From the human T2T-CHM13v2.0 reference genome, Homo sapiens, in NCBI RefSeq assembly GCF_009914755.1, contig NC_060926.1: a DNA stretch of 64,000 nt; one strand, given 5' to 3'. Of the stretch, positions 27,235 to 43,297 are shown piece by piece. The first letter of the stretch is position 1. Each line of letters begins with the position of its first letter. A program made the translations under genes and the position numbers. The notes beneath the pieces are model-generated. The model searched no databases. It was given only the letters and a program-made list of their open reading frames with translations, and was not told the origin of the DNA.

Positions 27235-28212
27235 GTATCCAAAAGAATGAACAAATTAAATAAAGAAGTAAGAGATTTGCACACAGAAAACTATAAAATA
27301 TTGCTGAAAGAAATTAAGAGGACCTAAATAAATGGAATGACATCCATGTTCACCTGGAAGACTAATGTTAAGATGGCAATACTACCCAAAGTGATCTACA
27401 CAGAGAATAGAATCCCTATCAAAATCAAAATGACCTCTTTTACTGAAATGGAAAAGCTGATTCTAAAATTAAAATGGAATTGCAAGGAATCCTGGATTTC
27501 CAAAACAATGTTATTATCTCACTAGAAAAATCATTTGACAAAACTTACCATTCATTCCTGATAAAACCTCCAAGAAAAGTAGGGAAAAAAAAGACTTCCT
27601 AATCCTGACAAAAGGCATCTACACAGAAACCTACAACTAACAGCACACTTAACATTAAAAGACTGAATGCTTCCCTCCAACAATCAGGAAGAAGAAAAGG
27701 ATGTCCACAGTGGAATTTCTAGCCAATGCAGTAAGGAACATAAAGGATATAAGAGGTATTCAGCTACGAAAGACAGAATTAAATCTGAAATAAATATTTA
27801 CATATAATATGATTTATAGATAATTTACAGATAATATAATTTACAGATAATATAAAGAAAAGGTAGAGGGATCCACCCAAAAGCTACTATAACTATTGAG
27901 TAAGTTTAGCAATATCACAATATAAAAGATCAATGTACAACAATTAATTGAATTTGTATATACCAGAAACACACAATTGAAAGTTGGAATAACGGGATCT
28001 GTTCCAAGATGGCTGAATAGGAATAGCTCTGGTCTGCAGCTCCCAGCATGATCAATGCAGAAGATGGGTGATTTTTCCATTTCCAGCTGAGGTATTTGGT
28101 TCATATTATTGGGACTGGTTGGACAGTGGGTCCAGCCCACAGAGGGTGAGCCAAAGCACAGTGGGGTGTCACCTCACCCAGGAGGTGCAGGGGGTTGGGG
28201 GATTTCCCTTTC

Positions 28213-28434
28213 CTAGTGAAGGGAAGCCATGACAAACCGTACCTGGAAAAAACAGGACACTCTCGCCCAAATACTGCACTTTTCCCACAATCTTAGCAAC
28301 CAGCAGGCCAGGAGATTCTCTCCCATGCCTGCTTCAGTAGGTCCCATGCCCACAGAGCCTTGCTCACTGCTAGCACAGCAGTCTGAGATAGACCTGCGAG
28401 GCAGCAGTCTGGTGGGGGGAGGGGCGTCCACCAC
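28213..28434 (-). pseudogene. ORF0: L1 ORF0 homologue, 73 codons open, start ATG>GTG
   Basis: (V)VDAPPPTRLLPRRSISDCCASSEQGSVGMGPTEAG aligns with L1HS ORF0p MAGAPPPASLPPCSLISDCCASNQRDSVGVGPSEPG; + strand cac at 28432-28434. Confidence 0.8.
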
Positions 28435-29034
28435 TGCTGAGGCTTCAGTAGGTAAACAAAGCAGCCAGGAAGCTCAAACTGGGAGGAACCCCCAACAGCT
28501 CAGAAAGGCCTTCTGCCTCTAATAGACTCCACCTCTGTTGGCAGGGCAGAGCTGAACAAAAGGCAGCAGGAACTTCTACAGACTTACATGTCCCTGCCTG
28601 ACAGCTCTGAAGAGAGCAGTGGTTCTCCCAGCATGGTGTTTGAGCTCTGAGAATGGACAGACTGCCTCCTCAAGTGGGTCCCTGATCTCCGTGTAGGCTA
28701 ACTGGGAGACAACTCCCAGTAGGGGCTGACAGACACCTCATACAGGTGGGTGCAGCTCTGGGACAAAGCTTACAGAGGAAAGATGAGGCAGCAATATTTG
28801 CTGTTCTGCAATATTTGCTGTTCTGCAGCCTCTGCTGGTGATACCCAGGCAAACGCGATCTGAAGTGGACCTCCAGCAAACTCCAACAGACCTGCAGCTG
28901 AGGGACCTGACTGTTAGAAGGAAAACTAACAAATAGAAAGGAATAGCATCAACATCAACAAAAAGGACATCCACACCAAAACCCCATCTGTAGGTGACCA
29001 AAATCAAAGACCAAAGGTAGATAAAACCAGAAAG

Positions 29035-30043
29035 ATGGGGAGAAACCAGAGCAGAAAAGTGGAAAATTCTAAAAACCAGAGCGCCTCTTCTCCTCCGAAG
29101 GATCACAGCTCCTCAGCAACAATGGAACAAAGCTGGAAGGAGAATGACTTTGACAAGTTCACAGAGGTAGGCTTCAGAAGGTTGGTAATAACAAACTTCT
29201 CCAAGCCAAAGGAGCATGTTCTAACCCATTGTGAGGAAGCTAAAAACCTTGAAAAAAAGTCAGACGAATGGCTAACTAGAATAAACAGTGTAGAGAAGAC
29301 CTAAAATGACCTGATGGAGCTGAAAACCATGGGACTAGAACTTTGTGATGCATGCACAAGCTTCAATAGCCGATTTGATCAAGTGGAAGAAAGGATATTA
29401 GTGACTGAAGATCAAATTAATGAAATAAAGAAAGAAGTTTAGAGTAAAAAGAAATGAACAAAGCCTAGAAGAAGTACGGATGATGTGAAAAGACCAAATC
29501 TACGTTTGATTGGTGTACCTGAAAGTGATGGGGAGAATGGAACCAAGTTGGAAAACACTCTGCAGGATACTATGCAGGAGAACTTCCCCAATCTAGCAAG
29601 ATAGGCCAACATACAAATTCAGGAACTGCAGAGAATACCACAAAGATACTCCTTGAGAAGAGCAATCCAAAGCACATAATTGTCAGATTTACCAAGGTTG
29701 AAATTAAGGAAAAAATGTTAAGAGCAGCCAGAGAGAAAGGCAGGGTCACCCACAAAGGGAAGCCCATCAGACTAACAGTGGATCTCTCGGCAGAAGCCTT
29801 AGAAGCAGAAGAAAGTGGGGACCAATATTCAACATTCTTAAAGAAAAGAATTTTCAACCCTGAATTTCATATCCAGCCAAACTAAGCTTCATAAGTGAAG
29901 GAGAAATAAAATCCTTTACAGACAAGCAAATGCTGAGAGATTTTGTCATCACCAGGCCTGCCTTACAAGAGCTCCTGAAGGAAGCACTAAACATGGAAAG
30001 GAACAATCGGTACCAGCCACTGCAAAAACATGCCAAATTGTAA
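29035..30043 (+). pseudogene. L1 ORF1p, disrupted
   Basis: MGRNQSRKVENSKNQSASSPPKDHSSS...; premature TAA at 29302-29304 and further frameshifts; natural stop aaattgtaa at ~30043. Confidence 0.92.
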
Positions 30044-30106
30044 AGACCATTGATGCTATTAAGAAACTGCATCAATTAATGGGCAAAATAACCAGCTAAC
30101 ATCATA

Positions 30107-33962
<3,856 letters not shown>

Positions 33963-34203
33963 GCAATGAGAACTCTTGGACACAGGGCGGGGAACATCAC
34001 ACACTGGGGCCTGTCAAGGGGTGGGGGCCTGGGGGAGGGATAGCATTAGGAGAATTAACTAATGTAAATGACGAGTTGATGGGTGCACCCAACCAACGCG
34101 GCACATGTATACGTATGTAACAAACCTGCACATTGTGCACATGTACCCTAGAACTTAAAGTATAACAATAAAAAAATAAAAAATAAAAAATAAAGTTGGA
34201 ATA

Positions 34204-35885
34204 GCAAATACCATAGATTCAAAACTATAACATATGAAAGAATAAATGTGGCTGAACATACGGAAGTTCTATATATTAAAAACTCAAAATTTTTATGATT
34301 GTAATTCTCCCCGAATCCATCTGTGGCTTCAAAGTAGCCCCAGTAAACATTCAGAAAGACTTTCTTTGTAGTAATTGACAATCTGAATTTAAAATTTATA
34401 TAAAAAATTAAAGTACCTACAATAGCAAAAACAACTGTGAGAAAAAGAGAACAAAATTGGAGGGCTAACATTAATTGATATTAAAACATATTAGAAAGCA
34501 AGAATAAGCAAAATGTGTGGTATTGGCATCATGATAGATGAATAAATCAATGCAACAGAAGAGAGTTCTAAAATAGGCTTGTGTACATAGACAACTGATT
34601 TTAGACAAAGATGCAAAAGCAATTCTGTAGAGAAAGAATAGTTTTTCAGTAAATGGTATGGGAACAACTGTATATCCACATTTAAAAAAACGAACTTTGA
34701 TTCATACCACATGCTACATGCAAAATTAACACAAAGTAGATCATACTATTAAGTGTAATATTTAAGACTGTAAAATGTATAGATGAAAATATGAAAAAAA
34801 ATCTTTTTGACCTTGGGTTAGGCAAGGCTTTCTTAAATATGACACAAAAAGCATGATCTATAAAATAAAACTAACAAATTTGATTCTTTCTATATTAAAA
34901 ACTTCTGTTCTTTGAAAGATTTTTAGGAGAAAGAAAAGACGAGCCCCAGACTGTGAGAAAATAATTGCAAATTATATTTCTAATAAAGAACTTATATCCA
35001 GAAGAGATAAAGACTCTTAAAAATCAACAACAAAGAAACAATCTGCTAAAAGAGGGGAAAAGAATATGAAAGGGCACTTAATCAAGGAAAATGCATACAT
35101 CAAATAAACGCATGAAATGATGCACACCATCAACTATTAAGCAAGCTAATATTAAACACAATGTGATACCACTATGCACTTACTTGAATGGCTAAAGTTA
35201 AAAATATTTACTTATATACAAGATTTGATGAGGCTACAGAGGAACTGGAACTCTTATGCACTACTGGTGGAAATGAAAAATATACAACTACTTTGGAAGT
35301 CAGTTTCTTATAAAGTTACACATACATCTACCATATGACTCATTCATCTTACTCTTAGATGAGGGAAATGAAAACATGCATCTATATAGAGACTTGCACA
35401 CTGATAGGTATTGCAGCTTATATTTTAAAAGCAAATCTGGTAAAAACACAAATATCATCCGCTGGTGTACAAATTAGAAAACTGTTATACATAAAATAGA
35501 ATATTAGTAAGCAATAAGAAGAAATAAACCATTGATACAGGCAAAAACATGGATGACTATCAAAATAATTATAAAGAGTAAAACAAGCCGAGCCAAAACA
35601 CAAGCAAAAAATAATCATACAGTATTTTTCCATGTATAAAAAACTTTTAAAAATGCACATCAATGTATACTGACAAAAAAGTCAGTAGTTACCTAGAGAC
35701 AGAGTGTGGTAGGACAGAGAGGGAGGGATTAAGAAAGGAAAAAGACACTTTGGGGGTTGTTAAATATGTTCATTATCTTGATTGTGGTGAAGAAATAATG
35801 AGCTTACACATTAAGCCTTTTCAAACGATATACTTTAGGCACAGTTCGTTTCGTGTTGTATACTTCAATAATAAAAAATGAAGAA
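34204..35885 (+). mobile_element. Continuation and 3' end of the old L1M (L1MD/L1ME1-like) interrupted by the L1PA6
   Basis: Resumes post-RT ORF2 right after the TSD; 3'UTR tatgttcattatcttgattgtggtga...tatacttcaataataaaa. Confidence 0.85.
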
Positions 35886-35999
35886 AATAGAAAAGTTTCT
35901 ATTTTTATGGCTAACTCTAAACTATGTTTGCTAGAGAAATACAAAGTAGTAATCTTGTAATTCCCTCGTAGTTAGGGAAACCCAGGTAATTGTTTATAG

Positions 36000-36272
36000 A
36001 GAGAGAAAAAGGAAGCTTCCCCAAAAAGAAGAAAAACAAGAGCTGGAAAGAAGGGATTTTTTAGGTTCTCTGTGGGCTTCTAGGTTCTCATTCTTACCCA
36101 CTTCCAAGACCAGTTTGCATGCAGCCTCACAATTCCAGGACACACTATCTACTGAACACATCTTTGTTATTAACTCACATATTCACATTTAGTGATTTTG
36201 TTTTCGTATTTTTGGCTTAAGTTAGCACAAGGAGGCTTCTGTTACTTGCAACCCAAAATATTCAACTAATAT
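36000..36272 (+). mobile_element. LTR33-like (ERVL) LTR 3' part
   Basis: tttggcttaagttagcacaaggaggcttctgttacttgcaacccaaaatattcaactaatata resembles the LTR33 terminus. Confidence 0.5.
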
Positions 36273-37534
36273 AATAACTATCCCATAACCCAGTACCCCT
36301 AAAGCTGCAAAACCGGTCCTTTCTCTCTTGCCAGATTGACACCAGAGGCCATAGCATAAGTAGCTTATTTGGCAAATGTGGAAGCTACACAAAAAGAGCT
36401 AAATTAAAGTGTTAATAGATCAGAGTCACATAGCTTTACATTTTAATGTCATAATAGCATGTCTTAATCTTGCCAATGAAGTTGTAATAATAGTCCAAGT
36501 CCATTTTTTAAGCCTCTCTTTTTTGGACAGTGCTTGAAATAGTATTTATTTCCAACATTATCCTCTGTAATCATATCATCTTTATATTCATCACTTGTCA
36601 ATCCCCATTTTGCAATATTTCTTTAAATAAAAGGCTATACACTATCAAGTTCAAGTTGAGTCTTCTAGGTGTTTCTGTTTATGTCTTTTCTTATCTAATA
36701 AATGTTGATTTAAAAAATTAAAACTTGCAGAAAAAATAATATTTCTCTTATTTCCAGATCCTTCAGAGATACTCCATCATTATTCCTAATTATTAATGAT
36801 AATATTCACATTATTAACTGGGCTGTAGTCAGAAATAAATTAAAAATTTTGTGAAATTGCAAACTGGAAACCCTATTCAAATGTGAAATCTTATTATTTT
36901 AAAATAGTCAAAAATTGTTTTAACATGCATTTTTGTCTATTATATTACTTTCTTTATAAGAAATGTAAATCATCTTACTTTTTTAAGTCTCCTATGTCAT
37001 TTAGCAGCTAGAGGCTAAAAGGTATTAGCCCAAAATATACATAGATAACTATACCAGGAGTCATATCATCTCAGTGCATACTACTGGATCCATAAATGAC
37101 TATGTTGTACAGAGTCTAGGAAAAGTTGTGACATTTATTCTACAACTCATGAATGGAGGGGTGAATGGATGGAGAGACAATAGACATACAAATAGATGAT
37201 AGGTAGACAGGTAGATATTGACAATTACTGAGCATTTGGATAGTCTATAGAAAGTATAATGGTCAAGGAAAATTTAAAAATAAAAAGCCACACATAAGTC
37301 CTTGGAGGCTCAGATATGAGAGCAGGATTAAGAAATACGTGTATTTCAGACGTGCAGTTAAAGCATTCTGTCAGTAACAAGAAGCAAGTCAGTCCACTGG
37401 AGGCATAGATAGCCTCAAAGAGGGCCTGAAATGGAAAAGATATTTGGCCATATCAAAAACTTTATGAGTTTCCAAACATGGTAGAGACTGTTCCTTATCC
37501 AGAAGTTAAAAATTACCTACTCTGAAGAGTCAGA

Positions 37535-38445
37535 AAATGTAAGATTAAAATGTATTAAAATGTGATACCAGTTCTCACCTATTAGAATGGTCAAAATCTG
37601 GAATACTGACAACACCAAATGCTGACAAGAATGTGGAGCAACAGGAACTCTCATTCATTGCTGGTAGGAATGCAAAATTGTACAGTCATTTTAGATAACA
37701 GTTTGGCAGTTTCTTACAGAAGTAAACATATTCTTACCATATGATTCACCAATCGAGCTCCATGTATTTACCCAAAGATGTTGAAAACTTATTTCCACAC
37801 AAAAACTTTCACATGAACGTTTATTCATGTTTACTCATAATTGCCAAAACTTGGAAACAACCAAGATGTCCTTTAGAAGATGAATGGATAAATAAACCGT
37901 GGTACATCCAGACAATGGAAAATTATTCAGTACTAAAAAGAAAATGGGTTATTAAGCCACAAAAGACATGGAGGAACCTTAAATGCACTTTACTAAGTTA
38001 AAGAAGCCAATCATACATACTGCGTGAATCCAACTACACGACATTCTGCAGAAAGCAAAATTACAGAAACAATAAAAAGATCAGTGGTTTTCATGGGCTG
38101 GGAGTGCGGAAATGGGTGAGAAGGCAGAGCACAGAGGATTTTTAGGGCCATGGAAATACTCTTGCATGATACTGTAATGATGGATATGTGTTACTATTTA
38201 TTTGTCCAAACCCATAAAATGTACAAAACCAAGAGTGAACCTAATATAAACTATGGATTTTGGGTGACCACGAGGTATTAATGTAGGTTCCTCAATTCTG
38301 ACAAATGTACCCTTCTGGTGGGAATATTGATAATGAAGGAGGCCATACATAGGTCGGGAGGATATATGGAAAATCTCTGTACTTTCCTCTCAATTTTTCT
38401 ATGAGCCTAAAACAACTCTAAAAGAATAAAATATTTTAAAAAATT
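37535..38445 (+). mobile_element. L1MC1-like 3' end
   Basis: cacctattagaatggtcaaaatctggaatactgacaacaccaaatgctg...gtggagcaacaggaactctcattcattgctgg; tttgtccaaacccataaaatgtacaaaaccaagagtgaacc. Confidence 0.9.
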
Positions 38446-38484
38446 ATTTTGCAAAATGTGTTTTGTTTAGAAAATATATGCTGC

Positions 38485-38703
38485 GTTCAGATCTCTTGTG
38501 TTCTGATCCTCACTACTATGTGACTTGGACACAAAACCTTTATCTTTTTCTCAGTTTCCTCATTTGTAAAATAATCCTATTAACTGTACCTACTTTGTAG
38601 GTTTGTTGTGATGATTCAATAAGTTAAAAATGTAAAGCACTTAGATTCACGATCTAAGTAAGTCCTGCCACGTGGTCAGTGCTCAGCAAGGGCTGGCTTT
38701 TAT
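38485..38703 (+). mobile_element. MIR
   Basis: tgtgacttggac...tctcagtttcctcatttgtaaaat...tgtaaagcacttaga. Confidence 0.8.
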
Positions 38704-39067
38704 GATCAGTGTATGAATGACCACAACTCTTCACTCTTCTTGCCATTGCAGAAGATCAGGCCCAGGCCTCAGAGGTCACATAAGTTTATTTTGCACACTG
38801 CATCATCCAGTATTGAGGAAAAAGAAAAGCCTGTATATTCTCACATAAATTCTTCTTTGCTGGTAAAATATTCTTTAGTCTTAGTTGATTTATTTCCCTA
38901 TGACTTACATTTCTTTTTCTGTTTCTTAGAAAATTCTACATTTCAATTGTACCTCTATTCTCTGAAGAAATTCAAACACCTTTTTTAAAAAAAGATTAAT
39001 TTACATATTATCTGCCTGAAGGGAAGTTCTAATCTCCCTAGACATTAATAAAATCTGTCTTTATGAA

Positions 39068-39275
39068 GGTAATAAAAATAAAATTGAGTTTATTGTGAGT
39101 CAAACACTGTACTAAATGCTTTATTATTTTTTAGTTTATTACGTTATCATAAGAACACTATGAAATAAGTATTGTTATTTTCTCTAGTATACAGGTGCAG
39201 CAATTGAAGCATAGAGAGGAGTCAGCCTTCTAGTAGGCAGCAAAGCTAGAATTTCGTTTTGGTCTGGCTTCAGGA
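39068..39275 (-). mobile_element. MIR
   Basis: ttgagtttattgtgagtcaaacactgtactaaatgcttta...aacactatgaaataagtattgttatt. Confidence 0.65.
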
Positions 39276-40419
39276 AGAGCTTACTGGTTACCAGACTCAG
39301 GGTCAAGCACTTTACACGGATGTTGCTGAATTTTACCAAATGCCATAAAAATCTGCTTCAAAATTTAATTGAAGCCAATCTGTAGCTGAAAACTGAGAGG
39401 TCCTTTCATCCATTTTTTCTGTGCAGAATGTGCACAGAACACACATTTTTTTCTGTGTGTTCTGCTTTCAGGTACCAAAGCAGGTACTGTGGATACAATA
39501 ATAAATAAGCCAACTACCTATTAAGGACAGACATTGAAGTCAGATCCAGAAATAAGACATGCGGGTTATTGTACACTTTTCTCCTTTTAGCAGATAGCCA
39601 TTCAGTAGCTTTTGACCAATACTGTGGGTAGTTATTACATACATGATGTGTTTGTTGGACACTGAAAAAGCCATAATCAAAATGTAGCCTTCAATTTGAA
39701 GGGTCATAAAATTTAATTTAAAAACATTACTACTAATCTTAAGCATTAAATGGAGATATACAAAATCATTGATTTAAGACATGTGAGCAAGCAGAAATCA
39801 TGAAAATGGGATGTTGATTACACTTCCCAACCAAACAATAACAGGAACAAAACCAGGAGCAGTTCTGTTTTACGCATTACTCAGTTATGTATCTAAGCAG
39901 TATTTGGTGTGAACCAAGAGATTCTTGGCTAAACAAAGAGTCCAATAACTATCAGACAGTACATCCCTTTTATCTTTCACAGTTTACAGGCCACTGTCAA
40001 GTTACTGAAACAACTCCCTCCCTTCCATGGCTGTGAATGTCACATCAACTTCTCCCTATACTCCTGCTTATAGAGTTTCCTGAAAACATTTTTCAAAAAT
40101 TAAAAGATGTAACACACAGCATCTTGTACTCCACTCCTCAAATCTATCTATATTCAGGTTTCAAACTTGCTCTATATGGATTGGAATAAAAAATCTCATC
40201 ATTTCTTCTCATTTGGCAGCTCTTCTTGCCACTCTACCAATTCTATAACCCTGAGTTTGGTAACAGCATATGAGAAAAGCTATGTTCATGTGACACAGTG
40301 GAGATTTGGTAGAACAAAAATAAAGAATCCACCTGTTCAAAAAAATTTAAATGCATCAAAAGAGGTACAACTGAGTACAGTTTCATAGAGTTTTATGAAA
40401 TTAATGCTTGATAAATCAA

Positions 40420-40600
40420 AATGAGAGTATGGGCTTTGGAATCAGATAAATCTGGGTTAAAATTACAGAGCTTCTAATTAATCCATATAAAATTGGACAA
40501 TTTATTTAATCACTGATTGACCCTCAGGAAATGGGGATAATAAGAGCTAAATGATAAGTTATTATGAAGTATAGTACAGCAAATTAATTGTTATGTAAAA
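40420..40600 (+). mobile_element. MIR
   Basis: gagagtatgggctttggaatcagataaatctgggtt...aaatggggataataag. Confidence 0.7.
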
Positions 40601-40604
40601 ACAT

Positions 40605-40911
40605 GGCCAGACATGGTGGCTCACACCTGTAGTCCCAACACTTTGGGAGGCTGAGTTGCGCAAATAGCTTGAGGTCAGGAGTTTGAGACTAGCCTGAACA
40701 ACATGGTGAAAACCCATCTCCACAAAAAATACAAAAATTAGCCAGGCCTGGTGGTGTGTGCCTGTAGCCCCAGCTACTCTGGAGCTCAGGTGGGAGGATC
40801 AATTAAGCCTGGGAGGTTGAGGCTGCAGTGAGCTGTGATTGCCCTACTGCACTCCAGTCTGGGCAACAGATTGAGACCCTCTCCCCCATTACCAAAAAAA
40901 AAAAAAAAAAA
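40605..40911 (+). mobile_element. AluJ (Jb-like)
   Basis: ggtgggaggatc, gaggctgcagtgagctgtgattg and gagaccct AluJ diagnostics; A19 tail. Confidence 0.93.
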
Positions 40912-41334
40912 GTGACAAAAAATGAGAGGTCTAAGTTTCATATTTGGGTGATTTCTTTGCCCGACTCATTCTACTCTGTATCCAGCAATGCCATAGTCCC
41001 AGACAGAAAGTAAAATGGTTACTGTTTTATTTTATATATGTTGATACTGCATATTTTATTCATCAAGTATTAATAACCTATTTTTGAGGGCACTGAGTTT
41101 TAGATTGGGGCACAATACAAAGTATACAAAAATACAAGTTGAGTTATCTAGTAAAAATCCCAATAGCTCAGGATGATTGAAGCAATGACCTCCTTTCCCT
41201 AAAAGCCTCAAACTTATCTCAGAATTACCAGGTGCTAGCCACCTGCAGCCTTAGAAAATTTCCTTTACAGCTGGAATTCTCACAAAGAATTAGAATTCTC
41301 ACTCTGCTGCCCAAGTACTCTCTTTTACACATTA

Positions 41335-42746
41335 CAGTAGCTCCCCGCTTATTCATGGTTTCAGTTGTTGCAGTTTACCCATGATCAACCAGAAATATTA
41401 AATGGAAAGGTCTGGAAATATAAAAGTGTCAGGGAACCTGCCCCGATAGTCACATAGGTTCTTTTCTATTTTCCCTATGCATTAGCCAGTTTGAAAAATA
41501 AAGGGACAGAGTACAAAAGGGAGAAATTTTAAAGCTGGGTGTCCGGGGGAGACATCACATGTCGGTAGGTTCCGTGATGCCCCACAAGCTGCAAAACCAG
41601 CAAGTTTTTATTAGGGAATTTCAAAAGGGGAGGGAGTGCATGAATAGGGTGTGGGTCACAAAGATCATGTACTTCACAAGGTAATAGAATATCACAAGGC
41701 AAATGGAGGCAGGGCAAGATCACAGGACCACAGCACCGCGGCGAAATTAAAATTGCTAATGAAGTTCTGGGCACCATTGTCACTGATAATATCTTATCAG
41801 GTGACAGGGTTTTGAGAGCAACTGGTCTGAACAAAATTTATTAGGTGGGAATTTCCTCTTCCTAATAAGCCTGGGAGTGCTATGGGAGACTGGGGCTTAT
41901 TTCATCCCTACAGTTTTGACCACAGAAGACAGCCACACCCAAGGGGGCCAGTTCAGAGACCCACCCTTAGGCGTGCATTCTCTTTCTCAGGGAGTTCCTT
42001 GCTGAGAAAAAGAATTCAGTGATATTTCTCCCATTTGCTTTTGAAAGAAGAGAAATATGGCTTTGTTCTGCCAGGCTCGGCTCACCAGTGGTCAGAGTTT
42101 AAGGTTATCTCTCTTATTCCCTGAACAATTGCTGTTATCCTGTTCTTTTTTCAAGGTGCCCAGATTTCATATTGTTCAAACACACATGCTCTAAAAATTT
42201 GTGCAGTTAACACAATCATCACAGGGTCCTGAGGTGACATACATCCTCCTTAGCTGAAAGGATTAAGAGATTAAAGTAAAGTCAGGCATAGGAAATCACA
42301 AGGGTATTGATTGGGGAAGTAATAAGTGTCCATGAAATCTTCACAATTTATGTTCAGAGACTGCAGTAAAGACAGGCATAAGAAATTATAAAAAATATTA
42401 ATTTGGGGAACTAATAAATGTCCATGAAATCTTCACAATCCACATTCTTCTGTCATGGCTTCAGCTGGTCCCTCCATTTGGGGTCCCTGACTTCCCACAA
42501 CATATAAGTTTTACTTTTTAAATGGCATGCTGTTCTGAGCAGTGTGATGAGATATTGCACTGTCCCTCTTTGTTCTGCCCCGGAAAAGAATCATCAATTT
42601 GTCCTGTGTATTCATGCCATTTATACCACCTATCTACTACTGTATAAGAAAATAATAGTGTATATAGGGTTTGGTACTGTCTGTGGTTTCAGGCATCCAC
42701 TGGGGGTCTTGAAACGTAACCCCCATAGATAAGGGGGGAACTAAAG
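41335..42746. mobile_element. MER44 (Tigger7-derived, TcMar) element split by the MER11 LTR
   Basis: TA|cagtagctccccgcttattc...aaatattaaatggaaa [LTR] tataagtttt...ggcatccactgggggtcttgaaacg...gataaggggggaactaaag|TA; TIRs and TA TSD. Confidence 0.85.
41427..42502 (-). mobile_element. MER11 (B/C-like) solo LTR of HERV-K11/HML-8
   Basis: Reverse complement starts tgttgtgggaagtcagggacccc; ~1.08 kb; internal repeats tgtccatgaaatcttcacaat; 6-bp TSD taaaag (41421-41426) / tataag (42503-42508). Confidence 0.93.
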
Positions 42747-43297
42747 TAAGTAAAAAGTTTTTCTCACTCTTGTATCATGAATGTTGAAGAGCAAGGGATA
42801 GGATTCTTCCCCTGACTCTTATTCCACTGTGTATCCACCAATGCCATAGTCCCAGTTTGTCTTTCTTCTGGATTAAGAGGCAACAGGACCCTCTTACCTC
42901 CTTTTTGCTGAGCCTTGAATTATATTTCCCTAAAAAGCCTGTTACTTACCCATATGAAATTATGAAATTTGCTTTTTCCCACTTGACATATAAATGTATA
43001 ACAAGGTATGGCTTCTTTACTCAATGACTTAAAATGTGTAGATACTATAATTTATAAAATGTGATAAAGGCATTGACATATTCTAATCAGAAAAATATTT
43101 AACACTTAAATTAATTTTTGAGAAAAGGCAATTTTCTTGACTTTTATAGTGGCTGTTAGAGTCCTTTGGTAATCAAATAAGTAGCAAGCAAGTTTTAGTG
43201 GCATCTGGGAATGAATAAGCTATGTATGATCATGGCAGGATCTTTGTCTATTGTTAAGTCCATCTGGGTTTCTAGTATAATTTGGAAATGATTGGAA

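Noticed and set aside
28789-28828. Tandem gcaatatttgctgttct duplication in the L1 5'UTR
   Set aside because: As I recall, part of the L1PA6-type consensus rather than locus-specific
34018-34039. G-quadruplex motif GGGGTGGGGGCCTGGGGGAGGG
   Set aside because: Standard L1 3'UTR G-tract
42270-42450. Repeated tgtccatgaaatcttcacaat units resembling a repeat-spacer array
   Set aside because: Internal repeats of the MER11 LTR; not CRISPR, and the DNA is mammalian
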